From: Octopus vulgaris | Taxonomy: Eukaryota | Assembly: GCA_951406725.2 (NCBI GenBank) | Contig: OX597814.1 | Location: 140,120,001-140,184,000, forward strand | DNA length: 64,000 nucleotides | Direction of reading: 5' to 3' | Part shown: positions 63,921-64,000 of the stretch, piece by piece | Position numbering within the stretch: the stretch's first letter is position 1 | How the letters are laid out: every line of letters begins with the position of its first letter | The notes under the pieces: generated by a model | Databases searched by the model: none | What the model was told of the DNA's origin: nothing | The model's input: the letters and a program-made list of their open reading frames with translations, nothing else | Program-made: the position numbers and the translations under genes

Positions 63921-64000
63921 CGACGATGATTGTTTTGTCCTAGTATAAAAGACAAGCTGCAGCAAATATTCTGCTCAATACTATAGATTTGCTTGTCAGC

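Noticed and set aside
58889-64000. Further SLC4 exons after 58888
   Set aside because: No phase-2 acceptor followed by SLC4-like sequence was found by eye. The next exon probably lies beyond the window, though a small poorly conserved exon could have been missed.

Overview
AT-rich eukaryotic (animal) DNA, dense in microsatellites and transposon debris. The repeat families suggest a coleoid cephalopod such as Octopus; this is an inference, not proven from the window. The only host gene is the 5' half of a plus-strand SLC4 Cl-/HCO3- anion exchanger (AE2/AE3/band-3 type). Eight internal exons (40470-58888) join with consistent GT-AG phases into about 587 codons, and the gene continues past the window. 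Two phase-compatible candidate alternative start exons lie upstream (3863-3928 and ~16817-16831). The introns hold a mariner remnant, hAT-, piggyBac- and Tc1/pogo-type MITEs, RTE, CR1, R4/Dong-like and HERO-like LINE ends, many tRNA-derived SINEs, and a Penelope-like element (RT + GIY-YIG). The most striking unexplained signal is a set of minimal type-I hammerhead-ribozyme folds with a shared architecture. One is canonical and sits at the 3' end of the Penelope element (46668-46713). Core-variant copies lie inside long fold-back palindromes or short modules beside (TA)n tracts (1070-1332, 39091-39525, 62417-62592, and a decayed one at 61130-61301). These include a ~217-bp-arm loopless palindrome and a compensatory U3-A8 core. 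All calls were made by eye; no alignment or folding software was run.
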